From an uncultured Acidobacteriota bacterium (GTDB taxonomy: Bacteria; Acidobacteriota; Vicinamibacteria; Vicinamibacterales; UBA8438): a stretch of 16,213 bases of DNA. Below the pieces are notes generated by a model. That model was not told where the DNA came from and did no database searches. It saw only the letters and a list, made by a program, of their open reading frames with translations. The position numbers and the translations under genes are program-made. The stretch is from the NCBI GenBank assembly GCA_913043225.1, contig CAJWLU010000046.1, forward strand, positions 1 through 16,213, written 5' to 3'. Shown one piece after another: positions 1-9,906 of this stretch; the first letter of the stretch is position 1, and each line of letters starts with the position of its first letter.

Positions 1-13
1 GTTTTCAGTGGCC

Positions 14-352
14 ATGAGTTGGGTAACGACCGGGGTAATCGTCCTCGTCGCTGGCTACCTGCTCTATTCCGTGCGCCACTTCAGTGCAGTCCTCAATAAG
101 CGCCGGGCGTTGGATGCACTGTTCGAGGACAAGTGGACCCTCTCTCGTCTACGCGCCAAGCTACATGACGAAGACGAACTTGACCTGTTCCTTAAGTTTG
201 TCGAGAGCCGCCACGACCTATGGAAGGTCGCGTCATTTTCAGACGCGGAGATCGCGGACGCCATCGATGACTTCCACCGCGCCGTAGAGCGAGGCTGGAG
301 ACCTAATGAGAAGCGTGATTGGGGCGGCCGAGACTTCTCTGGCACGGGGTGA
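14..352 (+). CDS. Hypothetical protein with N-terminal membrane anchor
   Basis: ATG at 14; a GTG at 8 is also in frame and the frame is open to the window edge, so the start is uncertain. The N-terminal hydrophobic stretch WVTTGVIVLVAGYLLYSV is followed by a charged, helical-looking region. No recognisable family motif. GC is about 55% by hand count over the first 240 nt, lower than the downstream genes. Confidence 0.6.
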   Translation: MSWVTTGVIVLVAGYLLYSVRHFSAVLNKRRALDALFEDKWTLSRLRAKLHDEDELDLFLKFVESRHDLWKVASFSDAEIADAIDDFHRAVERGWRPNEKRDWGGRDFSGTG

Positions 353-353
353 T

Positions 354-390
354 TGACCGTCCCTCATGTTCCTGGGGCCAATTGAAATTG
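354..390 (-). mobile_element. Possible solo IS3-family terminal inverted repeat (remnant)
   Basis: The minus strand reads ...AATTTCAATTGGCCCCAGGAACATGAGGGACGGTCA, ending in CA (plus strand begins TGACCGTCCC). From memory this resembles the general pattern of IS3-family ends. I found no partner repeat and no transposase ORF in the window. Confidence 0.3.
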
Positions 391-479
391 CAGCACCAGG
401 TGGAAGGTGGTCTTTCCCTGAGTACAGGAGGGGTAGGGATCCCCACGCTGCACGACGTGAGGTCCCTCACCGGATACCG

Positions 480-518
480 AAAATATAGCTCTCCGCTGCG
501 CCCGATCACGGAGAGGCT
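480..518 (-). terminator. Putative intrinsic terminator of the NHL gene
   Basis: 7-bp stem CTCTCCG (489-495) / CGGAGAG (509-515) with a 13-nt loop, followed on the minus strand by CTATATTTT, about 55 nt after the NHL gene stop. The loop is large for a canonical terminator. Confidence 0.4.
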
Positions 519-568
519 TGGACGCGCTGGTGTGTCTTGCGTTGCGTTGTCCGGACTCCGCGACCTGA

Positions 569-1708
569 CTAGTCAGGGATGAGCCTGGGGATGAACTTCG
601 TCAACCCGCGGATCGAACCCACTTCGCCGGCAATTACGTTGCCAGCGGCGTCAACCGTCACGCCTTCGCCCATCGCGCCGTAGCCGCCCATACCAGAAGG
701 TCGCTCGGACACATGCTCGGGCACGAAGTAGTGCACTTCGCCCGTTCGCGCGCTGCCCACCCGAAGGCCTTTGCGCCAGCCCGGGTTGTAGTTGTCGTCC
801 GATTCGGAGTCGATGGCATACAGCGTGTCGTCGTCGGTGATATGCAGGCCGCTGATCCGACTGAACTGATACCAGGTGTCGAGGTGGTTGCCTTCTTGGT
901 CGAAGATAACGATCCGACGGTTGCCGCGGTCGGCCACGAACAGGCGGCCCTGTGAATCCATCGCGAGCGAGTGCGGCCCGCGCATTTCCCCGTCACCGAA
1001 ACCCCAGGCGCCGAAGCTCTTGATGAACGTGCCGTCGGCCGAGAACTTGGAGACGCGGCTCAGCGATTCCGGACCTGCCTCATCCTCGAACTGGGCGCCG
1101 TGGCCCTCGCCAACAAAGATGCTGCCATCGGGGGCAATGACTACGTCATTTGGCTGAGAGAGGTGGGTTGGAGGTGCTCCGGCTTCGCCGGGAGTGCCGA
1201 TGGTCATCAGGACCTCACCTTCAGGACTCAGCTTAACCACCACGTGGCCGCGACCGGTCGGTGTTGGCGAGGGGCCGATGGCGGCCACCGTCGCGGCGTC
1301 GGCGACCCAGACGTTACCGTCGTCGTCGACCTCCATCCCGTGCGGCCACATAAAGATGCCGCCACCAATCGCCTGGACCACGTTCCCAGCGTCGTCGAGT
1401 CGGACAATCGGGTCGACGTCCGATTCGGCACACGAGTTCGCGCCGCACCGGTCGGCCGCCCAGATGTGCACGCCGTCTATGTCGACATTGAGGGCGCTGA
1501 CCGAGCCCCACTCCCGTCCGTCGGGCAGGGTGCCCCAGTCGCGGCGAGTCTCATAAGGATTGGGCAGGTTGTTGATCGGGGTCACATTGGCGTGTTCGGC
1601 CGGCCCCCTGGCGCCGCGCTGAGCCCAGGCGTGGGTCGTCCCGACGGACAGTAATCCGACGGCGAGCGCGCCGCCGCAGGCGACGGATCGAAGCAGGCTG
1701 CGGTTCAT
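569..1708 (-). CDS. Secreted NHL-repeat beta-propeller, peptidyl-alpha-hydroxyglycine alpha-amidating lyase (PAL)-like family
   Basis: NHL blades: FMWPHGMEVDDDGNVWVAD, LSQPNDVVIAPDGSIFVGEGHG, MRGPHSLAMDSQGRLFVADRGNRRIVIFDQEG. Signal peptide MNRSLLRSVACGGALAVGLLSVGTTHAWA-Q. SD AAGGAG (minus strand, 1718-1723) lies 9 nt before ATG 1708; an alternative ATG is at 1714. Confidence 0.85.
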   Translation of the reverse strand: MNRSLLRSVACGGALAVGLLSVGTTHAWAQRGARGPAEHANVTPINNLPNPYETRRDWGTLPDGREWGSVSALNVDIDGVHIWAADRCGANSCAESDVDPIVRLDDAGNVVQAIGGGIFMWPHGMEVDDDGNVWVADAATVAAIGPSPTPTGRGHVVVKLSPEGEVLMTIGTPGEAGAPPTHLSQPNDVVIAPDGSIFVGEGHGAQFEDEAGPESLSRVSKFSADGTFIKSFGAWGFGDGEMRGPHSLAMDSQGRLFVADRGNRRIVIFDQEGNHLDTWYQFSRISGLHITDDDTLYAIDSESDDNYNPGWRKGLRVGSARTGEVHYFVPEHVSERPSGMGGYGAMGEGVTVDAAGNVIAGEVGSIRGLTKFIPRLIPD

Positions 1709-1766
1709 GGTCATCGTCTCCTTGCAGAGCGGGATCGGTTGGTCCCGCATGCACATGCAAGCCGAC

Positions 1767-1796
1767 ACCATCACCTCTCTCTGGTCGCGTTGTCAA
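1767..1796 (-). promoter_or_regulatory. Putative sigma70 promoter for the NHL gene
   Basis: Perfect TTGACA on the minus strand (1796-1791), 18-nt spacer, weak -10 GATGGT (1772-1767), about 60 nt upstream of the start codon. Confidence 0.35.
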
Positions 1797-1957
1797 GGGA
1801 CTGGACCGAAGGACGCGACGCTTCCGTAGACCTGTGGTTATGGCGCACGATGGCCCAGTCGGTTGCCCCTGGGTGGTCACGTAGCCGCCTTGAGCGGCTG
1901 GCTGGGGCGCTTGGCGGGACGTGCTTCTCGAAGGTTGGTTCGCCGTACCGAAACCGC

Positions 1958-1966
1958 TGAGATAAT
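1958..1966 (+). promoter_or_regulatory. Putative extended -10 promoter (TGnGATAAT), possibly leaderless
   Basis: TG-A-GATAAT ends 6 nt before GTG 1973, and there is no SD upstream of that GTG. Confidence 0.4.
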
Positions 1967-1972
1967 CATCAC

Positions 1973-3943
1973 GTGTCGTCCATACACAGGATCTGGGGTG
2001 TCGGTGCGTTTGCGATGCTCGCCGCCTGCGGGGCCCCTGCTACCGACCGGCAGGTCACGGCGGTACCTGTGGCGTTGCCTACGCCTCAGGCGCTGACCAC
2101 CGGTCCCTCGCTCGACACGTTCCCACGTTATTCGCCTGATGGCCGGCAAATGGCTTACGTGGCTGACGATGACGGGCTGCGGCGCCTGTGGATACTGCCG
2201 GCTAGAGGAGGGGAGCCCAGGGCCGTCACTGCTCCCACGGCCTTTATTGTCGCGCCCGAGTGGGCACCGGATGGAACGAAGTTGGCGTTCGTTTCCGACC
2301 ACACCGAGCCAACCGGAGTCTGGGTCGTCGGCGTCGACGGCGAGAGATACCGGGTTTCGGGAAGTGAGCGGCCAGCCTCTGCTCCTGACTGGTCACCCAC
2401 AGGTGAGAATTTGCTCTATCAGCGTGCCCAAGGGGATGGGTTCGATCTGTGGCTTTGGAGCGAGTCTGTGGCTTCATCCCGACAGTTGACGCACGGGGGA
2501 CGGGTACGAGGCGCGGCTCGATGGTCACCAGACGGTCGCCAAGTCGTGTACGTGGGTGACTACGCCGGAACGCGAAGTTTGTTCGTGATGTCCGCCGAAG
2601 AAGGGGAGCCCACGGTGCTAACGCTCGACGAGGGTGCCGATGACGACCCGCGGTGGTCGCCGGATGGGCGCGAGATCGCGTTCGTCTCGAACCGGGCCGG
2701 GAATCCGGATCTCTGGGTGATGCCGGCATCGGGTGGGGTGCCGCGAGCTGTGACGCGAGGACCGGGTAACGACCATGATCCGGTGTGGTCGCCTGATGGC
2801 CGGTGGCTGACATTCCTCTCCATCCAGGAGAACGTGTCCGACGTCTGGATTGTGCCGGTGGCTGGTGGCGAGCCGATCCGGGTGACCGATGATGAAGCCG
2901 GGCAGGAACATGTGCGCTGGATGCCGGATGGCGCGGGCGTCGTGTTCAGCCGGTCTGACCGGCGGTCTCGGCTGTGGTGGGCATCGGCGAGTGGGGACGA
3001 TGCGCGCCCGTTGACTGACGGGGACGAGCGAGTGGGACACCCGGATGTGGCGCCGGACGGGCGGCAGGTGGCCTACGTCTCTGGCGATGGGATAAACGAC
3101 GACCTCTTCCTGCTGGATCTCGAGACTGATGGCACTGAGCGGTTGACAAGCTTGAGCGCTGGCGCGGCCGCACCTCGCTGGTCCCCCGACGGGCGGCGTC
3201 TCGTATTCGAATCGAGCCAGGGGGGGAACAGTGATCTCTGGGTAGTGGAACTAGCATCGGGAGAGCTCAGGCAGCTCACAACCGATCCCTCACGAGATTT
3301 TGAGCCGGCCTGGGCGCCGTCTGGAGATGCGCTTGCCTTTACGTCGAACCGGGCCGACCGACAGGCGGAGGTCTGGCGCTTGGCTCTGGAGACGGGGACG
3401 CCGGAACGGGTGACGCGGCAGGGCGGGACTCGCCCGCGGTGGCATCCAGCCGGGAGTTCGCTGCTATTTCAGTCGGCAGGGGGCGAAGATGGACGGATGC
3501 GGGTCTGGGAGTTCGACCTCGCTGGTGGGGAGGCGGAAGCCCTGACCGACGGCGTTTACAGTGCGGTGGGCGAATACTCCCCTGACGGAGAGGACTTCGT
3601 CTTTCAGGACCACACCGGCGTCCACTTTCGGGTCCGTCTGCGGGCGCGCTCCGGCGGAGTGGCCCGGCCTCTCGGCGAGGGCACTAACGAAGAAACTCAG
3701 CCACGATGGGCCTCGAGCGGGCGGAGAGTGGCCTACCTCGAGGGTAGCCCTGGGACACGCGACCTAGTCGTGGTGTCGGCCGATGGTGGCGAGCGTCGTA
3801 TTGTGAGTCAGCCCGAGGCCGCCGTCTCCGAGTACGCCTGGACGCCGGACGGCAACGCGCTGGTCTTCGCTCAGATCGAGGCGCGAACCAATCTCTGGCA
3901 GGTGAATGTCTCGTCGCTGCTGCCTTCGACGGCCACGCCGTAG
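1973..3943 (+). CDS. TolB-like PD40 (WD40-like) beta-propeller lipoprotein with 14 repeats and no catalytic domain
   Basis: Lipobox-like AMLAA-C at residue 19. Fourteen P-x-W-S-P-D-G-type repeats (RYSPDG, EWAPDG, DWSPTG, RWSPDG, RWSPDG, VWSPDG, RWMPDG, DVAPDG, RWSPDG, AWAPSG, RWHPAG, EYSPDG, RWASSG, AWTPDG) fill the whole mature protein. It lacks the TolB N-terminal domain and tol-pal context, so it is not called tolB. Confidence 0.88.
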   Translation: MSSIHRIWGVGAFAMLAACGAPATDRQVTAVPVALPTPQALTTGPSLDTFPRYSPDGRQMAYVADDDGLRRLWILPARGGEPRAVTAPTAFIVAPEWAPDGTKLAFVSDHTEPTGVWVVGVDGERYRVSGSERPASAPDWSPTGENLLYQRAQGDGFDLWLWSESVASSRQLTHGGRVRGAARWSPDGRQVVYVGDYAGTRSLFVMSAEEGEPTVLTLDEGADDDPRWSPDGREIAFVSNRAGNPDLWVMPASGGVPRAVTRGPGNDHDPVWSPDGRWLTFLSIQENVSDVWIVPVAGGEPIRVTDDEAGQEHVRWMPDGAGVVFSRSDRRSRLWWASASGDDARPLTDGDERVGHPDVAPDGRQVAYVSGDGINDDLFLLDLETDGTERLTSLSAGAAAPRWSPDGRRLVFESSQGGNSDLWVVELASGELRQLTTDPSRDFEPAWAPSGDALAFTSNRADRQAEVWRLALETGTPERVTRQGGTRPRWHPAGSSLLFQSAGGEDGRMRVWEFDLAGGEAEALTDGVYSAVGEYSPDGEDFVFQDHTGVHFRVRLRARSGGVARPLGEGTNEETQPRWASSGRRVAYLEGSPGTRDLVVVSADGGERRIVSQPEAAVSEYAWTPDGNALVFAQIEARTNLWQVNVSSLLPSTATP

Positions 3944-4026
3944 CGACGGCGCGGGTATACTCTGCAACCCCAGGTTGTACGGCGAGGTTCGAAAGGTTTT
4001 CAAACGCTGGACAGGAGACAACACTC

Positions 4027-4857
4027 ATGAGCGACAGCTTGACCGGTGCGGAGTTCAAGGCGGCGCTGCGGAACAACCAGCCGAAGCTGGGACTGTTCAT
4101 TAACTCGCACAGTCCTACGGTGGTGGAGCAACTGGCCCACAGCGGTTATGACTGGCTGCTGGTGGACTCGCAGCATGGCCCAATGGGCTACGAGACGCTG
4201 TCGACCATGGTCTGTGGCGTGTCGAGCGGCGGCGCGAAGTCGCTGGTTCGCGTGGGCGGATACAGTGACCGCGCCGGTATCCAACAGTCGCTCGACGTGG
4301 GCGCAGACGGTGTGTTGGTGCCCTACATCAACACAGCGGAAGAAGCCGCCCAGGCGGTGAGCTGTACACGTTATCCGACCGCAGGTACCCGCTCGGTCTA
4401 TTTTCCGCAGCGGAGCATGAACAAGGCTGGTCTGCTCGGCTACGCCGGTCCTGCCAATGACAACGTTATCTGTGCGCTGCAGGTAGAGACGGCCGATTGC
4501 ATCAAGAACATCGAAGAGATCGCCGCCGTGCCGGGCGTTGACATTCTCTTCCTTGGCCAGAATGACCTCTGCATGTCGATGGGGCTCTATGAGAAATACG
4601 AGTTCCCGCACATGTACACCTCGCCCGAGCTCAAGGAGGCGACCGACGCGCTCAAGGCGGCAGCCGCCAAGAACAGCGTCATCCTGGGGCTGTTTCTCTT
4701 TGGGACCGACCGGGTGGGTGAGTTTCGGGAGCAGGGCTTCAGCTTCATCAGCATCGGCAACGACCTGCACCACGTTCTGACCCAGGCGGGAGCACACGTC
4801 GAGGCGCTTGAGGGCATCATGTCGGACTGGAAGCGTCGTCCGACCGCTCTCTTCTAG
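4027..4857 (+). CDS. HpcH/HpaI-family class II pyruvate aldolase
   Basis: Motifs GYDWLLVDSQHGP, LVRV (catalytic Arg), LDVGADGVLVPYINTAEEA, YPTAGTRS, LQVET (metal Glu), VPGVDILFLGQNDL (metal Asp). SD AGGAG at 4013-4017. Confidence 0.92.
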   Translation: MSDSLTGAEFKAALRNNQPKLGLFINSHSPTVVEQLAHSGYDWLLVDSQHGPMGYETLSTMVCGVSSGGAKSLVRVGGYSDRAGIQQSLDVGADGVLVPYINTAEEAAQAVSCTRYPTAGTRSVYFPQRSMNKAGLLGYAGPANDNVICALQVETADCIKNIEEIAAVPGVDILFLGQNDLCMSMGLYEKYEFPHMYTSPELKEATDALKAAAAKNSVILGLFLFGTDRVGEFREQGFSFISIGNDLHHVLTQAGAHVEALEGIMSDWKRRPTALF

Positions 4858-4865
4858 TACGAGCA

Positions 4866-4881
4866 TGGGGTTTCGGCCCCG
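4866..4881 (+). terminator. Small GC hairpin after the aldolase
   Basis: GGGGT-TTCG-GCCCC stem with a UUCG loop, about 10 nt after the stop. There is no U-tract, so it may be a stability hairpin rather than a terminator. Confidence 0.25.
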
Positions 4882-4942
4882 CGGCCGCGCGGCGTGGGGG
4901 GTGATGCCGTACGCCGTCCGCTTGACGACAGGAGGGACGAGG

Positions 4943-7012
<2,070 letters not shown>

Positions 7013-7130
7013 TGACAGCCCTCGAGGACTCGAAGAGCTGGGTCGTGCCGTAGCGTTTGCGGGGTCCAGCGGGTAGAAGGTATCTGACGGAGAGGCATTA
7101 GGGTTGGATGCACGTAAGGGTTGCGGCGGT

Positions 7131-7158
7131 TTGAATCGGGTCGCAAGGCGGTGACAAT
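7131..7158 (+). promoter_or_regulatory. Putative sigma70 promoter for the cyclophilin-POP pair
   Basis: TTGAAT (7131-7136), 16-nt spacer, GACAAT (7153-7158). A GC hairpin (7167-7188) and SD AGAGGAG follow. Confidence 0.35.
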
Positions 7159-7203
7159 AGGGGTTTGACCGGCCCCTGGGGGCGGGTCGCGTAGAGGAGA
7201 ACA

Positions 7204-7716
7204 ATGATGTCGAGCGAGTTGAACGAACTGGTTGCGGTATTCACCACGTCGAAGGGCGAGATCAGGATTCGCCTGGCGGCCGAGGGAGCGCCGATGACAG
7301 TGGCGAATTTCGTGAATCTGGCCCAGCGAGGCTATTACGACGGGCTGAAGTTTCACCGGGTCATCGCCAACTTCATGGTCCAGGGCGGCGATCCCGATGG
7401 GACCGGTATGGGCGGCCCTGGCTACAATTTCGGCGATGAGTTCGGCCCCGGGCTCCGGCACGACTCCGCCGGCGTGCTCTCGATGGCGAATGCCGGGCCT
7501 GGCACCAACGGGAGCCAGTTCTTTATCACCCACGGACCGACTCCGCATCTGGACGGCAAGCACTCGGTCTTCGGCAAGGTCACCTCGGGGCAGGAGGTGG
7601 TTGATGCGATCGCGCAGGACGACGTCATGACCACGGTCAAGATTGAAGGCGATGCGTCGGCGTTGCTCGCCTCGCAGCAGGCGAATGTCGACGCCTGGAA
7701 CAAGGCGCTCGGATAG
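7204..7716 (+). CDS. Cyclophilin-type peptidyl-prolyl cis-trans isomerase (cytoplasmic)
   Basis: [84 protein letters not shown] at 7193-7199; ATG at 7204 or 7207; no signal peptide. Confidence 0.96.
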   Translation: MMSSELNELVAVFTTSKGEIRIRLAAEGAPMTVANFVNLAQRGYYDGLKFHRVIANFMVQGGDPDGTGMGGPGYNFGDEFGPGLRHDSAGVLSMANAGPGTNGSQFFITHGPTPHLDGKHSVFGKVTSGQEVVDAIAQDDVMTTVKIEGDASALLASQQANVDAWNKALG

Positions 7717-7741
7717 GGCGTGAGTCACAGAGGAGGCGGCT

Positions 7742-9886
7742 GTGCGCGCAGTCAGGACGGTGTCGGCGGTGGGCGGTGGTCGGTGGGCGGCGGTCGTGCT
7801 GTGCGTGCCGCTCGTCGCCTCCTCCTGTGGTGAAACCGAGCCAGCGATGGAATACCCGGAGTCTCCGCGCGGCGACGTGGTCGATACCTACCATGGGGTG
7901 GAAGTCGCCGACCCCTATCGCTGGCTGGAGGAAGTCGATGGCCCCGAGACCCGTGCATGGATCGAGGCGCAGAACGCGCTCTCGGTGCCGGCGCTCGAGG
8001 CGATTCCGGCTCGAGACGAGGTCAAGAACCGGCTGACGGCGTTGTGGGACCACGAGCGGTTCACGATGCCGTTCAAGGAAGGTGGTAAGTACTTCTACTC
8101 GCGCAACGACGGGCTCCAGAACCACTTCGTGACCTTCGTCGCCGACGCGCTCGACGCCGAGCCGCGCGTACTGCTCGACCCGAACGCGTTCAGTGAGGAC
8201 GGGACCGTCTCGCTGGCCGGGCTGGTGGTGAGCCCAGAGGCGAAGCACGTAGCCTACGCGCGCAGCGATGGGGGCTCCGATTGGCGCTCCTGGTCGGTGC
8301 GGAACGTCGAGACGGGCGATGATCTTCCGGATCGGATCGACCACACGAAGTTCACCGGGGTGAGCTGGAGCCGGGACGGGGAGAGCTTCTACTACAGCCG
8401 TTACCCCATCGGCGCCGATGGCGAAGGTGACGGCGGGAAGGCGGTTCGCGTCTTCCGACACCAGCTCGGCACGTCGATGGACCAGGACGAACTCGTCTAC
8501 GAGATTCCAGAACATCCGCGGCGGAATCCCTACGCGACGGTGACCGATGATGGTCGCTATCTCGTGATCAGCGTCCAGGAGGGCTATCTCACCAATGCGG
8601 TGTACTACCGCGATCTCGAGACGTCCGACGCCCCGGTCGTGAAGCTGCTCGATGAGTGGGATGCGCTCTACACGTTCCTCGGCAACGAGGGCAGCCGATT
8701 CTTCTTCATGACCACCCTGGATGCGCCGCGCAACCGGGTGCTCGCGGTCGACGTGGAGAACCCCGACCGGGACCAGTGGGAGGAGATTCTGCCTCAGCGT
8801 GAGGAGGCGTTGGCCGGTGTGTCGCTCGTCGGCGGCCGTCTGGTCGCTTCGTATCTGAAGAACGTGCTGCCGCTCGTCGAGGTACTCGAGCTCGACGGCA
8901 CCGCGGTGAGGACCGTGGAACTGCCCGGCGTCGGGAGCGTGTCCGGTTTCGGCGGTGCGCTCGACGACGACGAGACGTTCTACACCCTCACCAGCTACGC
9001 CCAGCCGACGACCATCTATCGCTACGACGTCGAGACGGGGGAGAGCAGCGAATTCCGGCGGGCCGGCGTCGACATCGACCCGGAGGACTTCGTCACCACG
9101 CAAGTGTTCTACGCCAGTAAGGACGGCACCCGGATCCCGATGTTCATCACTCACCGGCGCGATGTGGAACTGGACGGCCGGAATCCGACGTTGTTGTACG
9201 GCTACGGCGGATTCAACATCTCGATGACGCCTGCGTTCAGCCTCTCCCGGTTCGTCTGGGTCGAGCGTGGCGGCGTCCTAGCGGTGCCCAACCTCCGCGG
9301 GGGCGGCGAGTACGGGAAGGAGTGGCACCTGGCGGGGACCAAGGATCGTAAGCAGAACGTCTTCGACGATTTCATCGCGGCCGCCGAGTATCTGATCGAG
9401 GAAGGCTATACCTCGAGCGAGAAGCTGGCGATCCAGGGTGGCAGCAACGGCGGGTTGCTGGTGGCGGCGTCGCTCATCCAGCGGCCCGATCTGTTCGGCG
9501 CGGCGTTGCCGGCGGTCGGCGTGCTGGACATGTTGCGCTATCACCTGCCAAGCGCGAACGCGCGAAACTGGAACACCGACTACGGGTTGAGCGAGGTGGA
9601 GGAAGAATTCGAGGCGCAGTACGCCTACTCCCCGCTGCACAACCTGGAGGACGGAGCCTGCTATCCACCGACGCTGGTGACCACGGCGGACCACGATGAT
9701 CGCGTCGTTCCGTGGCACAGCTACAAATTTGGGGCGGCGATGCAGTTCGCCCAGGGGTGCGACCAGCCGGTGCTGGTGCGGGTCGAGACCCGCGCGGGGC
9801 ATGGCGCCGGGAAGCCGACCTGGATGCAGATCGAAGACATCGCCGACCAGTGGGCCTTCGTTCTGAGGCATCTGGGCGAGGCCTGA
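7742..9886 (+). CDS. Prolyl oligopeptidase (peptidase S9A), probable lipoprotein
   Basis: DTYHGVEVADPYRWLE, LLDPN, GSDW, PTLLYGYGGFN, NLRGGGEYG.EWH, KQNVFDDFIAAAEYL; catalytic triad in GGSNGG, ADHDDRV and AGHGAGKP. Lipobox-like LVASS-C. SD AGGAGG at 7731-7736 precedes GTG 7742. Confidence 0.96.
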   Translation: MRAVRTVSAVGGGRWAAVVLCVPLVASSCGETEPAMEYPESPRGDVVDTYHGVEVADPYRWLEEVDGPETRAWIEAQNALSVPALEAIPARDEVKNRLTALWDHERFTMPFKEGGKYFYSRNDGLQNHFVTFVADALDAEPRVLLDPNAFSEDGTVSLAGLVVSPEAKHVAYARSDGGSDWRSWSVRNVETGDDLPDRIDHTKFTGVSWSRDGESFYYSRYPIGADGEGDGGKAVRVFRHQLGTSMDQDELVYEIPEHPRRNPYATVTDDGRYLVISVQEGYLTNAVYYRDLETSDAPVVKLLDEWDALYTFLGNEGSRFFFMTTLDAPRNRVLAVDVENPDRDQWEEILPQREEALAGVSLVGGRLVASYLKNVLPLVEVLELDGTAVRTVELPGVGSVSGFGGALDDDETFYTLTSYAQPTTIYRYDVETGESSEFRRAGVDIDPEDFVTTQVFYASKDGTRIPMFITHRRDVELDGRNPTLLYGYGGFNISMTPAFSLSRFVWVERGGVLAVPNLRGGGEYGKEWHLAGTKDRKQNVFDDFIAAAEYLIEEGYTSSEKLAIQGGSNGGLLVAASLIQRPDLFGAALPAVGVLDMLRYHLPSANARNWNTDYGLSEVEEEFEAQYAYSPLHNLEDGACYPPTLVTTADHDDRVVPWHSYKFGAAMQFAQGCDQPVLVRVETRAGHGAGKPTWMQIEDIADQWAFVLRHLGEA

Positions 9887-9906
9887 GCGACAGCCGCTCA
9901 GGCTCG
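9877..9906 (+). terminator. Strong hairpin overlapping the POP stop codon
   Basis: Perfect 9-bp stem GCCTGAGCG (9881-9889) / CGCTCAGGC (9895-9903) with a 5-nt loop, extendable to 12 bp with one bulge. No U-tract. Confidence 0.4.

Noticed and set aside
1973..3943. Calling this gene tolB, or reading its DNA-level repeats as a CRISPR-like array
   Set aside because: There is no TolB_N domain and no tolQRA/pal context. The repeats are degenerate in-frame protein repeats, not identical repeats with unique spacers.
3956..3961. TATACT -10 box upstream of the aldolase
   Set aside because: A good hexamer, but I see no recognisable -35 or TG extension, so it is insufficient on its own.
4808..4942. Upstream extensions given by the ORF track (4808 for PQQ, 10102 for DUF1592, 12480 for DUF1552, 1774 for NHL)
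   Set aside because: The downstream ATGs have clear SDs or stop-start overlap and place the signal peptide at the N-terminus. Two of the extensions overlap neighbouring genes.
7742..9886. POP as a RiPP macrocyclase acting with the PAL-like protein in peptide maturation
   Set aside because: No precursor peptide, PHM partner or exporter is visible, and the sequence looks like a standard S9A enzyme.
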